Shown here one piece after another: positions 25,389-39,060 of a stretch of DNA of 64,000 nt. The translations under genes and the position numbers were made by a program. The stretch is from positions 147,808,001 through 147,872,000 of the forward strand of contig OX597816.1 in assembly GCA_951406725.2 (NCBI GenBank). Reading direction: 5' to 3'. The stretch comes from Octopus vulgaris. Taxonomy: Eukaryota. The number at the start of each line of letters is the position of its first letter. Within the stretch, counting starts at the first letter, position 1. The notes beneath the pieces are model-generated. The model was given only the letters and a program-made list of their open reading frames with translations. It did no database searches and had not been told where the DNA came from.

Positions 25389-25826
25389 TATATATAGTGA
25401 GTAGGGATAGGAGTGGAAGCAAGCCTCTAAAAGACAGGTCTAATTTCCATTAAGTGTGAATATGACATACTCTTCAGGATTGCAGCTAGCCACTGTCCAC
25501 TGTGGACGTAGTTTAACATCTAACTGCTTTTAGAACAGAATCCAATGACACACATGCTCACACACACATACACACAGACACACACAGGCACATGCTGATA
25601 TTCAGTCAGTAAGCAACTCTCCATCGTTTAGGATGTAAATGAATATATGTGAATTCTTGCATTAAAGAGATTTTTACCTCCTACATTCATAATGCAATTT
25701 TAATTGTAAAATATGAATGTAGGTGACAAATTGGAACCTCTGTAGGGTGACATGAAATTGACTATTATATAAATAAATTGATTTTTTCCCTGTTACAACT
25801 CACCATTTTGTTAATATTATATATGA

Positions 25827-25874
<48 letters not shown>

Positions 25875-25913
25875 TATAATATATATATATATATATTATA
25901 TATATAATATATA

Positions 25914-25952
<39 letters not shown>

Positions 25953-26032
25953 AAATATATATAATATATATATATATATACGTAAATAAATAAATAAATA
26001 TATATATATAAACATGTATATGTAATATATAT

Positions 26033-26063
<31 letters not shown>

Positions 26064-26914
26064 TCATATATGCGTACCAATAAAAATGCACGCATACATA
26101 CGTAAATACTCCATACTTCGGAGTTGAAAATTAAAAAAAACGTTTCTGAGTAGATGACATGGCAACTGGTAATAGTTTGTTGGAAACCTTAAACTCCAAG
26201 AGAACCTTTGAGATCCAATGTATTTAAGTGGCAGTTGTTTCCGTGAGAGTGAGTAAAACTCAGTAATAATTCATAAACCCGAATACGTGATGCGTGTTTG
26301 CTTCATTTATAATTCAAAATACATCATGCTTAGTAACAATGAATAATTCTCAACTACAATGTATATCGTCTCGAAACACGATAAGAACCTTGCTTGTATG
26401 AACTTCACACTCTAGCATTCTTATGTACATAGTAGAATGTTACATGAATCTGAGCTAAGGTCCTTCAGAAACCAAATATACAAGGTCATAACTAAATTTC
26501 TATCCAAATCTCTAAAGAGACATTTATGCGTGTAGAATCACATTTTCTATCAATTTTCCTTTAACCGGATGTACATTTTATACATGGAGTTGCTATATAT
26601 CCTTACATACTCAACGGATACTATTTCTGTAGTCAAGTAATTACCATAAAAAGAACATATTCAGGGAAAAGTGAATTTACTGGTTGAAAACGCCTCCTTC
26701 AATTAAAGATGAAATATATTTCTATATATTTCCCAAGTTTAAGAGCAGTTTCTAAATCTTCTTCAATACAATAATTGGATTTGTAATGGAGTTTTAAGGT
26801 GTTCCGTTCATCAAACTATAGGGAGGATACCCATGGACAATTATAGTTGCCTCTATTAGCAATTATATTTCCATAATGTCTTATGCCAGCATCTTTATGA
26901 AATCAGGTACCAAT

Positions 26915-27112
26915 ATTTACAATTTCATTCGTTCGATTCCAGGCAGTGACCTGAATAATAATAACAATAAAAGCATCGAAAAATATCTAGGGACTTCGAA
27001 CCCGGGTTCGAAATTTCCCCAAGACACCTGATGAAGGCTGGAGGGTATATCATCCGAAACGTTTTGTTAACAAGAAACAAGATAAGGACAAATATCCGTC
27101 AAATGTAAATAA
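26915..27112 (+). mobile_element. Short repeat with a canonical-core minimal type I HHR (27023-27068)
   Basis: GACAC CTGATGA A GGCTG gagggtatat CATCC GAAA CG TT TTGTT. It is preceded by the 18-bp perfect palindrome ttcgaacccgggttcgaa (26995-27012). Element boundaries are approximate. Confidence 0.7.
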
Positions 27113-28282
27113 TTGGTTTGAAATGTTGGCGCAAGGCAATCAATTACGGGTGAACCGGGATGGTTGATTACATCAACCCTAGTTGATTCTATTGACTTTG
27201 AAATGATGGAAGAGAAAGTCAACCTTGGTGGAATTTACAATTCCATATATTAATACGCATAAACGTAGAGCTACCAATCTTGAAACAGAATAGAGTGATC
27301 AATATTTACCTCCCTGTACTTATTTTATAGACGTCAGAGTTCGTAAACTTACTTTTCGTATGAACCCAAAGAGGACTTATGAATTTACATAAACCTGAGT
27401 TAAGGAGTTGCTAGCAAGTACAGGGAAAATTCAATTTTACATGAAATATAAAATGTTATGCCATATCATTATGGTATGTTGATTATCGCATGATTTAATA
27501 ACATCGGTGACGCACGTCAATGCCTCTTCGATTTGATTCAGTTCTATATTTCGCGAAGAAAACAACCTCAAAATACAAGTAAAATCCTTTTTCTTTTATT
27601 TTTTACTGATACCAAAAGACTAGTTGTGTTTTTTTCTCACGAGTTGTTTTAAATAAAATATTACTACTCTGCACCTAATTTTCTATCAATCAAATCATTC
27701 TGGAGTTTATACTTACATAAAATTATTTCGTAGTTTTTTTTTATCATATTTATTTTTTCTATGTTAATTTTTCACATATTCTTTCACGCTTTAAACCAAA
27801 TGTGCCCATGTACCGGACACCCATTCTTTTCCTTCAACCGTTTTTTCTTATTTCCCTCCATCTCCTTTTCCTCTTTCTCTCTTGCTCAGTATTACCTTTT
27901 TTCGTTTTTTTCTCAACTTCCTCATTCGTCACGAGTTACTGTTCAACCTTCTCTGTTCATGTTGAAATACATTTATCTAAATGCTTTTGACAAGCTTATT
28001 TTCCTTTTAACAATACTGAGATTTGTTCAAAAAGATCCTTTATTCTAATCGTTTTGATCGATATATTTGGTTGCCTTCAAATATATTTCTGTTGCACCAT
28101 TTTCTACATTATCATTCCATGGTCGAAACGTGAAACTCGATGAAAATATTTTTGAAATAATGCTCTGTGTGAAATTGTGGATTTTACGTTTGACAATAAA
28201 TCAATGAAAATGTAAAATAATTAACTATTTGCTATATTTCTCAATATCATAAAAATAATCTAAAGTATATATATATATATAT

Positions 28283-28406
28283 TATATAGAGGGCATTATT
28301 ATACATAAATGCCTCACGCTAAGAGGGACATAAGTCATTACTACCAAAATTTTACTAATCGTACCCAATGCAGTTTTCGAAGCAAGACATTTAAAAAATG
28401 AATTTA
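28283..28406 (+). mobile_element. Truncated copy of the 1797-2556 family
   Basis: Nearly identical to 1922-2046; breaks off just before the HHR. Confidence 0.85.
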
Positions 28407-28410
28407 TGAA

Positions 28411-28690
28411 TACCTCGCTCAGAGATTTATTATTGCTATATATATATATATATAGCAATAATAAATCTCTGAGCGAGGTACAAACAGTAGCTGCACGACA
28501 TCGTAAAGTATATATAACTCTTAAGAGTGGATGCTACTGTAGCTTGTAGCCCCAGGAGGACACCTCCTCCAGCTGGCTAGTGTATCATACAGGCTGAAGA
28601 CGGGAATGATGGCTTCGCTTTGCAATAACAAGCTGGAGGAGTGTCTTCCTGGGGCTACAAGCTACAGTAGCATCCACCTTTAAGGGTTAG
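28411..28690. repeat. Two adjacent foldbacks: a perfect palindrome at 28411-28480 around (TA)n and an inverted pair at 28515-28574 / 28631-28690
   Basis: tacctcgctcagagatttattattgc-(ta)n-gcaataataaatctctgagcgaggta; gtggatgctactgtagcttgtagccccagg versus cctggggctacaagctacagtagcatccac. Confidence 0.85.
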
Positions 28691-28725
28691 CCACATTTAA
28701 GTAACAAATTATACATCACGACATA

Positions 28726-28785
<60 letters not shown>

Positions 28786-29534
28786 ATTTTACGGAATCAC
28801 AGTCCTGTTCCTATGAATTAAGTCTGAAGAGGGGCAGTCAGAGTAGTCATCATGTAAAATAAGATAAATTTTATGTACATTTATTTGTATAATATACATT
28901 AGTTTCATTAAGGACACGTCGATCGAAGAGTCAGTGAACGTTGTACAATTCAAACTTTCTATATTTAGCGTACTTTCTAGTAGATAATGCATCAATAACA
29001 GTGGGTTTAGATATACATAGAAAAATTAATACATTTATTTTAAAACATACATCAAGAACACACCTTTAGGCTATAATCTTTCATTCAATTTACGTTAGGA
29101 AAGTCATAATCCAGATATATTATATAGAGAAATAAAATACTTACGATAAAGTAATATTACAAAGAAAATATTAACTATTAATATAAGATATGCTCATAGT
29201 TTTTAATATACGAATATATATATATATATATGTATATTATATACACATATAATACATATATCCATATATACATACATGCATACGCACACATACAACCACA
29301 CATATGTACATATATGCGTGTTTATATATTTATATATGTAAACAGGTATATTACTCGTTGACAGTGACTTGGAAGTGTCCGACCGCTAACATTCATTGAA
29401 CTTTCAATGTTTTCGAAATCACTGTCAACGCAATTTCGGTAAATGCGTAAACGAAAAAATATGTATATATGTATATATATGTATATATATTATATATATA
29501 TGTATATATATATATATATATATACATACATATA

Positions 29535-29602
<68 letters not shown>

Positions 29603-29641
29603 CATATATATACATATATATACATATATATATATATATAC

Positions 29642-29672
<31 letters not shown>

Positions 29673-29680
29673 AATATATG

Positions 29681-29741
<61 letters not shown>

Positions 29742-30111
29742 TTGTGTGTGTGTGTGTGTATGTATGTACCTTAGCATTTATGTACCCATGTATGTATGCT
29801 GCATCTGTTCAAGTGTGAATTATCCTGTATTTTGTGTGTTTTGAATTATATTAAATATTGAAATAGAATATCTACGTGAAAATAGTACTACAAAAGGAAT
29901 ATATACGCGTATATTATATTTAATACGCTTTTGTCCGTACTTATGTGTATATATGAATGATCTGTGTGAGTGTGTTTGCGTGCGTCTGTGTATACCTGTG
30001 CGTCCGTGTGTAGAGACAGAGTAGTGTGTATTTCTCTCAAAATGTGAATTTAAATGTGTATGTAAATATGTATGTATATATACAGATGTATATATCTATA
30101 TGTATATGTTT

Positions 30112-30167
<56 letters not shown>

Positions 30168-30332
30168 ATATATACGTATGTGTGTTTTATACACATATAA
30201 ATTTATATATACACGTGCATGCATATATACATTATATATACACATGTATATATACACATATATTTACATATATATATACGTAAGTATATATATATATATA
30301 TATGCATGTATTTATATATATATATATGTATA

Positions 30333-30378
<46 letters not shown>

Positions 30379-32912
30379 TGCCTTCGTATGTTTGTTCAGC
30401 CGTGCCTGTTAATGTATACATCGTCTTTTTTATTGTATGCGTATATTGAAATAGATTTCATCCGATATCAACTTTTATGATATAATCCGTTTTGCTGTCA
30501 CAGAAGACACTAGATGTCTCTCATTGGACACCATCGAAGCGTTATTTTGCAAATGTACAATACAAAACTCTTATGATAATTCTGAATATGTGTACTTGTA
30601 TATGTGAGTCTGCGTTTATACCTATATATGTAGGAGTGTATGTATGCTCGATTTGTTAAAAATGTATATTTTTTTCTCTGCCAATCGTATTTTTTTTCAT
30701 GTGATATTTATTGTTTGCTCTAGGTAAGTATGAAGCTTATTATATATCGGAATAACAGACATATCCATAAACATACATGCTGAAGCACATAAACATAAGT
30801 GTGGCAGTGTGTGTATATCTGTGTTTATATAGATATAAGTATCTCCTAAACGTTCCAGTGTGTGTGTGTGTGTGTGCATGTAGATGCACAGGCACACATA
30901 TATAGCAGACACACTTATAAATATATAATGCTTTGTGCACATATATGTGTGTTTGTGTGTTTGTGACTCTGCGTCTTTGTGCGTGTGTCTCTGTGTTTCA
31001 CTATGTGTGTGTGTGTGTATCTGTGTGTATGTTTGTGTATGTGAAAGCGTGTGTGTATATACATAGGGTGTTATATGTGTAACTAAGAATATATGTCTCT
31101 TTCTGTTGCTGTAGTTTAAATTATTTTAACATTTGGAATGTTTACTTTGTTGGCGTATATTAAAAAAAACAAAAAACTATATATTGCTTTCAAGTTTATT
31201 TTCAATATTTCTCAGTCCTGCACAAAACACGAAAAGAAGAAAGAAAGGATTACCAGTTAAATTGAGTAAATAAATTTTTAATGTAATTTATATCATACTT
31301 AAAAACTGAATCGTTGATAAATTCTAATAAAATGTCTCTGTTATGGTTGCTGAAAGTTAGAAGATGATGAGGCTGCCAGCATAATAGATGAAGTCAAGCA
31401 ATATTGAAAACCACGATCTACATACATATACAGAAATAAAAGTTGTTCTCAGCTATATTTTTCTATTTGCTCTAGTTATAGGAGTCTCCATCGACAGGGC
31501 CACTAAATAAGTATTGAATTATATATATTTTTTTTAAATCAACAAATTCTGTGATATAGAACTCTAGTATGATAGTGAATGGACTGATATTGCCATATGA
31601 GATGTAAAAATTCGATTTTTGATAACAATTTATAATGCAATAAACGAAATATTCTATAGGGATGGATTCACATTTTGTCAGATGACAATTTAATATTTAA
31701 ATGTGACTGAACGAAAGGAGTACAGAAAATGAGTAGAAGGTCATATCAAAGACTTCATTATTATTAATTTATTCTTCCTATGTTTAGTGTTCAGATAGTA
31801 TCAGAAATGGCTTTGTTTACCACTCAAAATTACTTGAATCATATACAACCAACATACAGCACGTGAGAATACTAGATTCGTAATTCATCAAAGCAAAGAG
31901 AATATTCGGCTTGTATCTCATCAAAAGAAAATCCTGATAATTTTGATTTGTAACAAAAACGTATGGTCTAATACTGTGCGGGAGTATATAAGTCAATAAC
32001 AGAGTAAAGTACGTGATGTAGAAAGACATAAGACGAAGAAAACATAGATAAAGTAAGTACCGTTAGGTATTTTCTTTGACCCTCGATCGATTCTGCAAAA
32101 ATCAAAAATGTACAGAATTTAGCAGAGGGCACGAGAATCGTGCATAACGAACGAAGATTCTATTAGATAGATATTAGTACTTAACTGGCTCTTAATTTAT
32201 CGCCCCCTGACTGATACATGACAAACTTTAATACAATCGAAACTTAATAAAAAATTTAAAGGACTACATATAAATACAGAACACAGAATATCTAAGTTAG
32301 TCAAGTACTACAAGTATTCTACCGCCCATCACTGTCCTTTATTTACGCAAAACCTTATGTTGGTAAATATAGGTCGAGTGCATATCAATATGTTGACAAT
32401 ACTTACAACGATGTATTATTTCTTTGCAAATAGCTACAAAAGGCTTCTTGTCATACCTTCAAGTATTTTCTCTTGTTTGAGACTTTGTTTAGATTTACAT
32501 GGAGTATTAGAGGTTTGTGGCAGTTTGCATAATGAAAAGAATATATGGGCAGTGTATATTCATTAACCAGACAAATATCCCTTTCATATAACTTTCATAT
32601 CACCTTTTCATATCACTGATACAGTGTATTTTTTATCGCCTAAAAGCTGAACTCCCTGTGTCTTAGTGAATCTAAACATAAATTCTAGTACAGATATTTT
32701 GTAGAAATGGCAGGAAAACATTACGATAACTGAATGAGTCGTACAAGAGTATACAAGGCAAATTATAGTTCTTTTCTATGGCTGCATTAGGCATCAGGAA
32801 AGCAATAATTTCCCCATATACACACATTAGAAGACACAAAATTTGTTAGATGATAAGGCGCTGAAATGCCCCGACCTGTTCTATTGCTTAATTCCTTAGT
32901 AACTAACAACAG

Positions 32913-32938
32913 TAATAATAATGATGATAATAATAATG

Positions 32939-33025
<87 letters not shown>
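32913..33025. repeat. (TAA)n microsatellite, 5' flank of the Dong-like element
   Basis: Tandem aat array. Confidence 0.95.
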
Positions 33026-35559
33026 GAAGTCACTGCAGCACCAACGGCAGAAGAATTGGAAGAATTCTGGAGAGAAATATGGTCGGCGAACGAACAACCA
33101 AAAAAAGGAGTATCAAAATAACAAACTCGGCATCTGAACAACTTTGGAGCCCCATAACAACTGAAGAGGTCACCCAGGCACTGCAAAGACTAAGCAACTG
33201 GAAGGCACTCGGGCATGACAAGATCCCCAACTTCTGGTTGAAATATCTAACAGGAAGGCACAAAAAGCTGGCTGAAAACTTTAATAACATGCTAGCAGAG
33301 CCAGAGACAATGCCTATATGGCTCACGAAGGGGAAAACCATCTTAGTTCCCAAATCAAATGAAACAGAAAAACCAGAAAACTACAGACCAATAACCTGCC
33401 CCCTTACTAAGTTCAAGGCATTTACTGCAGTGATATCGCAAAGGTTGAACAAGCACATGGACGAAAACAAACTGTTCCCAGGAGAGCAGAAAGGATGCCG
33501 CAAAGGCTCATATGGCTGTAAAGATCAACTAATGATCAATAAAGCCATAACTGAAGACAGCCACAGAAAGAAGAAAGGCCTCAGTATGGCCTGGATTGAC
33601 TACAAAAAGGCGTTTGATAGCATCCCCCACACATGGATCCTCGAAACACTAGCCATTATCAAAGTAGCACCAACAATCATAAAATTCATAGGACACTCTA
33701 TGAATAAATGGCAAACAGTCCTACACCTCCAAACAAAAGAGGGACTCATGAAAACCAAAGACATCCCCATTAAAAGAGGAATATTCCAGGGAGACAAGCT
33801 CTCTCCACTCCTTTTCTGCTTGGCACTGTCACCTCTATCTGATATACTAAATAGAACTGGATGTGGATATAAATGTTACGGCAAAACGATCAGCCACCTT
33901 TTATATATGGATGACCTAAAACTATACGCTGCAAATGACAACCAGCTGGAAACACTATTAAAGACAGTTCATGGATTTACCAAAGAAATAGATATGAAAT
34001 TTGGATTAGAAAAATGCGCCAAAGTAACCATGAAAAGAGGAAAACTAGTTAAGAGTAGCAACATCACACTAGATAAAACCAATGAAATAAAAAATTAGAC
34101 CAAAGCCAAACTTACAAATACTTAGGAATCCATGAACTAGATAAGACACAACACACACAAATGAAAGAGAAAATAAAAAAAGAATATTATAGACGAGTTA
34201 GATCAATACTAAAAACAGAGCTCAGTGCTAAAAACAAGATAATAGGTATCAACACTTTAGCTGTCCCAGTTATAAGTTACAGCTACAATATCCTTAACTG
34301 GACACGAAATGAACTGACCAAAATAGATAGGAAAACAAGAAAAATAATGACAGGATCAAGGATGCATCACCCAAAATCTGACATAGAAAGACTATATATA
34401 CAACGTATAGAAGGTGGAAGAGGCCTTATACAGCTGGAAAACTACTATAAAATAACCACCATAGGACTGCAAAAATATCTACTTCAGAAGGAAGGAAAAC
34501 TGACACAAATAGCGGCAAAACACGAGCAAAACAAAAAACTGTTCTCAGTATTTAAGGAAGCTGACACATACAAACAAGAAATCATACCACCTAATAAATA
34601 TGAAGAAGAAGAAGAAGAAGATGAAGAAACAACAAAAGCTATAAAACAAATGAAATCCAAACTAAAAATAGAACAGCAACGAACCATGATAAAACGATGG
34701 CAAGAAAAGCCCCTTCATGGTAAATACTGGACTAAACTAAACGCAAAAGAAATAGACAGAGAAAAATCCGAGCAATGGTTGAGAAGCTCAGGACTCAAAG
34801 CAGAAACAGAGGGATTTTTAATTGCAGCACAAGACCAAAGCCTCCCCACCAGAAATTACCAAAAACATGTATTGAAAAGAAATATTACAAGTAACTGCAG
34901 AATATGTGGAGATGGACAAGAAACAATAAATCATTTTATCTCTAGCTGCCCAGTCCTGGCTAAGAAGGAATATATTCACAGACATGACATAGTTGGAACC
35001 TACATACATTGGAAGCTATGCCAACATTATGGAATAACAACAGAAAAAAGATAGTATAGGCACACACCAGAAAAGGTCACAGAAAACGAGAAAGCAACCA
35101 TACTCTGGGATATGCCGATATACACAGATAGAGAAATTAAGGCCAACTGACCAGATATAGTTGTCAGAGATCATGAAGACAAAAATGCTTTCTAATTGAT
35201 GTATCAATACCGGCAGATGACAACGTATCTCTAAAAGAAATGGAGAAAATTTCAAAATACAAAGACCTGGAAATAGAGGTAACTAGAATGTGGAATCTGA
35301 AAACAGAAACAATTCTTATCATAGTAGGTGCATTAGGCATGATAAAAAAATATTCAGACAAATACATAACAAAAACACCAGGACTTACAAACACATATAA
35401 CATACAGAAAATTGCACTACTAGGCACTGCACACATCCTACGCAGAAACACTTTCCATACAATAACCATCAGAGTATCACAACAAATCACAGCACATACC
35501 TAAGGCACACAGAGCTGCGCTCGGTAGTGAAGTGAAAGCACGCTGTAAAAATAAAACTA

Positions 35560-35562
<3 letters not shown>
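33026..35562 (+). mobile_element. 5'-truncated R4/Dong-clade non-LTR retrotransposon (RT + CCHC + restriction-like endonuclease), pseudogenised
   Basis: RT motifs ENYRPITC, EQKGCRKGSYGCKDQL, WIDYKKAFDSIPH, RGIFQGDKLSPLLF, HLLYMDDLKLY. Also AAQDQSLPTRNY, CRICGDGQETINHFISSC, YIHRHD, and [R>stop]PDIV..IDVSIP..EKISKYKDL (RLE). Frameshift near 34095; stops at 35052 and 35148. Flanked on both sides by (TAA)n. Confidence 0.93.
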
Positions 35563-35637
<75 letters not shown>

Positions 35638-35685
35638 GAGGAGGAGGTGGATCATCATCATCATCATCATCATCATAATAATAAT

Positions 35686-35730
<45 letters not shown>
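35563..35730. repeat. (TAA)n plus (GAG)n/(CAT)n microsatellite, 3' flank of the Dong-like element
   Basis: Tandem aat arrays interrupted by gag and cat runs. Confidence 0.95.
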
Positions 35731-35731
<1 letters not shown>

Positions 35732-37559
35732 CATCAAATGTAACAAGAAAATGTTGAACTACAAATGAAACTGAAAATGTAAGCCATGGTTATCACCGCG
35801 ATATTAAATGATGGCAGCTGGAATTTTGGGTTTTAGTTCGTTGCCTGGCTAAAATGTTTAAGAAAACACCTGATATCACATACTCATTTCAATTTAAATA
35901 ACTACAAGTGATATGACACAATATAATTGAGAATTGCAATGTTTCCATGGCGAAATCTTGTTTGTGCTCGATAGAACGATGATGCAGCTGAAACGGATTT
36001 CTGCATAATCGACTGAAACTTAATGGATGTATCAGAATAATGCTACAGGAATTAAACTCATTTAATAATCATATTTGACAATTGTTGTGTTCACTTTTTC
36101 ACCTCTCTATTTCAACCACATTGGATTTTAATTGGCCATTGCCTTAGAATAAAGCACTGCATGACTGGTTTGTGCGTTTGAAGGAACATTGGTGAGACGT
36201 TTCTAATTTGATTACTGTGTTCAGTCTCTAACAATTTTTTCGATGATGTTTTAGAGATATAAATTAGTCAAATTTGATTCTGTTTGAGAAATTTGAGACA
36301 TGCGAGTAACAAGGTATTGACAAGAAATGACATTAATGCACAAAACCAGGAATATTATTTGCCATTTTAAATGAAAAGATACTTCGCCTGACATTAAAAA
36401 AACCCAATTCTTATCTGAAGCCACAATAAAGAAGTTAAGAAAAGAAGTGACAATAATACAAAATATATTTTCGTATAAAAACAGAAAGCAAACAATTGCT
36501 TCTTTTTACTTTTTATATATCTCCTTGTATTAAATATCAAGGTGAGGACGTGATAAACAATTATTCATAGCAGCTAAATTATACGTTTTTATTGTCTAAG
36601 CTTTCAGAGAGTGCTGACTGACAGCAGACATTTGGGTTTGCATCCCATTCAAGGTTTGTGAGATCGAATATGTCTATCGTCCACTTGAAATCTTGCAAGC
36701 TGTCTGCTGCAGGAGCGACACTTGCTGCGATGGGAATCCAAAAAGCCAATGTTATGAGATAGAAAAATCTGATATAGTGCCCAATGCGAGCACTCTGGTG
36801 AAGTTGACACAACGTGGATGGTAATAAGAGAAAATATTTGGGACTTTTAAATATATAAATGACGGTGGCACGATTTCGGTCAGCTCTAAAGAATACAAAC
36901 ATAGAAGAGAGAGGAAAAAGTAAATGTAAATAGGTAGGAATTGGAATGTGTTGGTGAGTAACTTTAGGCCAATTACTTCCGTAGCTTTAGATGAGCGCTG
37001 AATTTAGTTACCTGGTCTTTCTGAGAGCCTTATCTTCAAACTGAAAAATTTTAAATGACATTGTGATATTTAAAGACCTATGTTTTTCGTTGAAGAGAAA
37101 CCTTACTACAAACTGATCACCAATCGGAGTTTAAAATTATAAATTAGATAATAGCTGAAGTAATTATATTCCTCAAATACAATGAAAATATATTTTCGTA
37201 GAAAATCAAGGCACACAATATAATTGAATAAAATATCGAATTACATCGAATCACGTCACGTTATAGCTATGATAAAAAGATGTGTAAAGGATATCAAAAA
37301 TGATGATAGGGATATGAAAAAGATATGAAAATGATGAGAAGGATGTGAAAAGGATATGAAAAATGATGATAGCAGACCAAATTTATATATCTTGAGTGTT
37401 AACATATACACGCAGCAAGTAATTTGAAAGAGTCGTATTCATCATGTACATGACTTGTATTTTAATTTACCAGCCACAGAATAATAAATCTCAAGCTATT
37501 GTAGTACAGTGCCCTTACACTAGACAGGATGGCTGCGATATTTGGAAGAGTGCAATGAT

Positions 37560-39060
37560 GCCCAGTTTGGGGACTGGTATATCTCTCGATATCAAAGCTT
37601 GGTGCCAACACCTCTACGATCTTCCAAATATATATCACTCTATGTTGCTCCCGTCTTCACTCCAGGGATTAAATTCAAAGCAAATTTAGTCTCTCAAAGT
37701 AGCTTGGCTTTTCCATTGATGCAATCTTCCTGGCAAAACACCACTGAGTAGCCTCAAGTTAGCAATAAATTTGACATTCTGTGGTGACCGCAGTTGAGAG
37801 CAGTAGTCCAGACGGCTGAGGGCAAATATCCTCTATTGAACCAGCGTCGTTTTTTTAGGTCACTTGTTCCGAAAGTTCTCAAAATCCATCCGGCTATTCG
37901 CCTGCATATTGCAACCATTTTGGTGATACGCATGGAAAACAAGGTGTTGTTGTTCATAGCAATCGCCAGATCACGCACTCTACGGGACCTTGAGATTGCC
38001 GCTCCTTTTTAATCCAAAGTATCTTTGTTGTGTTATGTCAGCTAATAGCGGAGGATTTCAAATTTTTCAACATTGAACTGCATTATGTTTTCTTCACCCA
38101 TTTATACGTGGGGCTTAAGTCTTGCTGGAGAAGATTAGCATCGGAAGGTTCCTTGACTACTTGTAATACTTTGTGTCGTCGTAGCTAGTGAGTATGGCTA
38201 TCTGAGTACCTAATGACATGTCTGAAAGATCCACCATAACCAGCAGCAGTCCCAAAACAGTTCCCTGAGGCACTGCATTCATTACTACTACTGTCTCGTT
38301 AGAAATAGCTCCATTGCCTGCCACAGCCTGACTTCTGCCCTCCCTTCTCCGAGTATCTCAAATCTCCGTAGCTTCTGATATAACATCCCAAGAGCAACCT
38401 TATCACCTTTCCAAAATCATGATATATCACATCCACGTTTGAGCAATTCATTAGTTGTTTCAACACCCAGTTATAATGCTGCAGAAGCTGTATAAAGTAG
38501 CTTCTTGAGCGGAAGCCATGATGGATGTCAGGGAGCAAGTCATTATCTTATAGGAACGGGATCCGATTCTTCCTAACAATATGTTTCATGACTTTTCTGA
38601 TAATGAGATTAAAGAGACGGACCTATAATTTTTAGCATCTGCTCCGCTAACTCTTATATATATTTAATATATATTATACCTTCCTTTATTATCCTGGGAA
38701 GTCTTCCCGTATTAAGGAAACTTTAGAAGAGAATCTGTAGTGGTCTTACTAGAACCCCTTTGCATTTCTTTATGAGGATTTCTGAGAAACCATTAGGATC
38801 TGTGGCTGAGTTTAAGCGCATTTCATCAGTGGCTGATATTACATAAGTTTCCTTTATTTCGATGTTATCAATAATTGCCATCTCCTTGTGTATATAAGTG
38901 GTCGAAAAAGACTCATCAAGTTTAGGTATTTGCGAGTCTCCCAACGGAGCTTTGAAATCAATTTTGTATTGCACATTCAGTATTTCACTTATCCTCTGCA
39001 GTTCGAACAATGGCCCTATCTTTTACCGTAATGAAGCAGATCCTTTTGCAAATCCATAGA
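37560..39060 (-). mobile_element. Heavily decayed CR1/L2-type LINE RT
   Basis: Minus strand: SATDPNGFSEILIKKCKGVLVRPLQILF, NYRSVSL, HHGFRSRSYFIQLLQHY..VDVIYHDFGK, VPQGTVLGLLL, YDDTK-like, VRDLAI, CRRIAGWILRTF. Confidence 0.8.

Noticed and set aside
29396-30480. [12 protein letters not shown] and HTHTHT ORFs here and throughout the window
   Set aside because: They are translations of (TA)n and (CA)n repeats.
32866-33025. ATG and poly-Asn N-terminus of the 410-aa ORF
   Set aside because: This is chance read-through from flanking (TAA)n into the 5'-truncated Dong-like RT.
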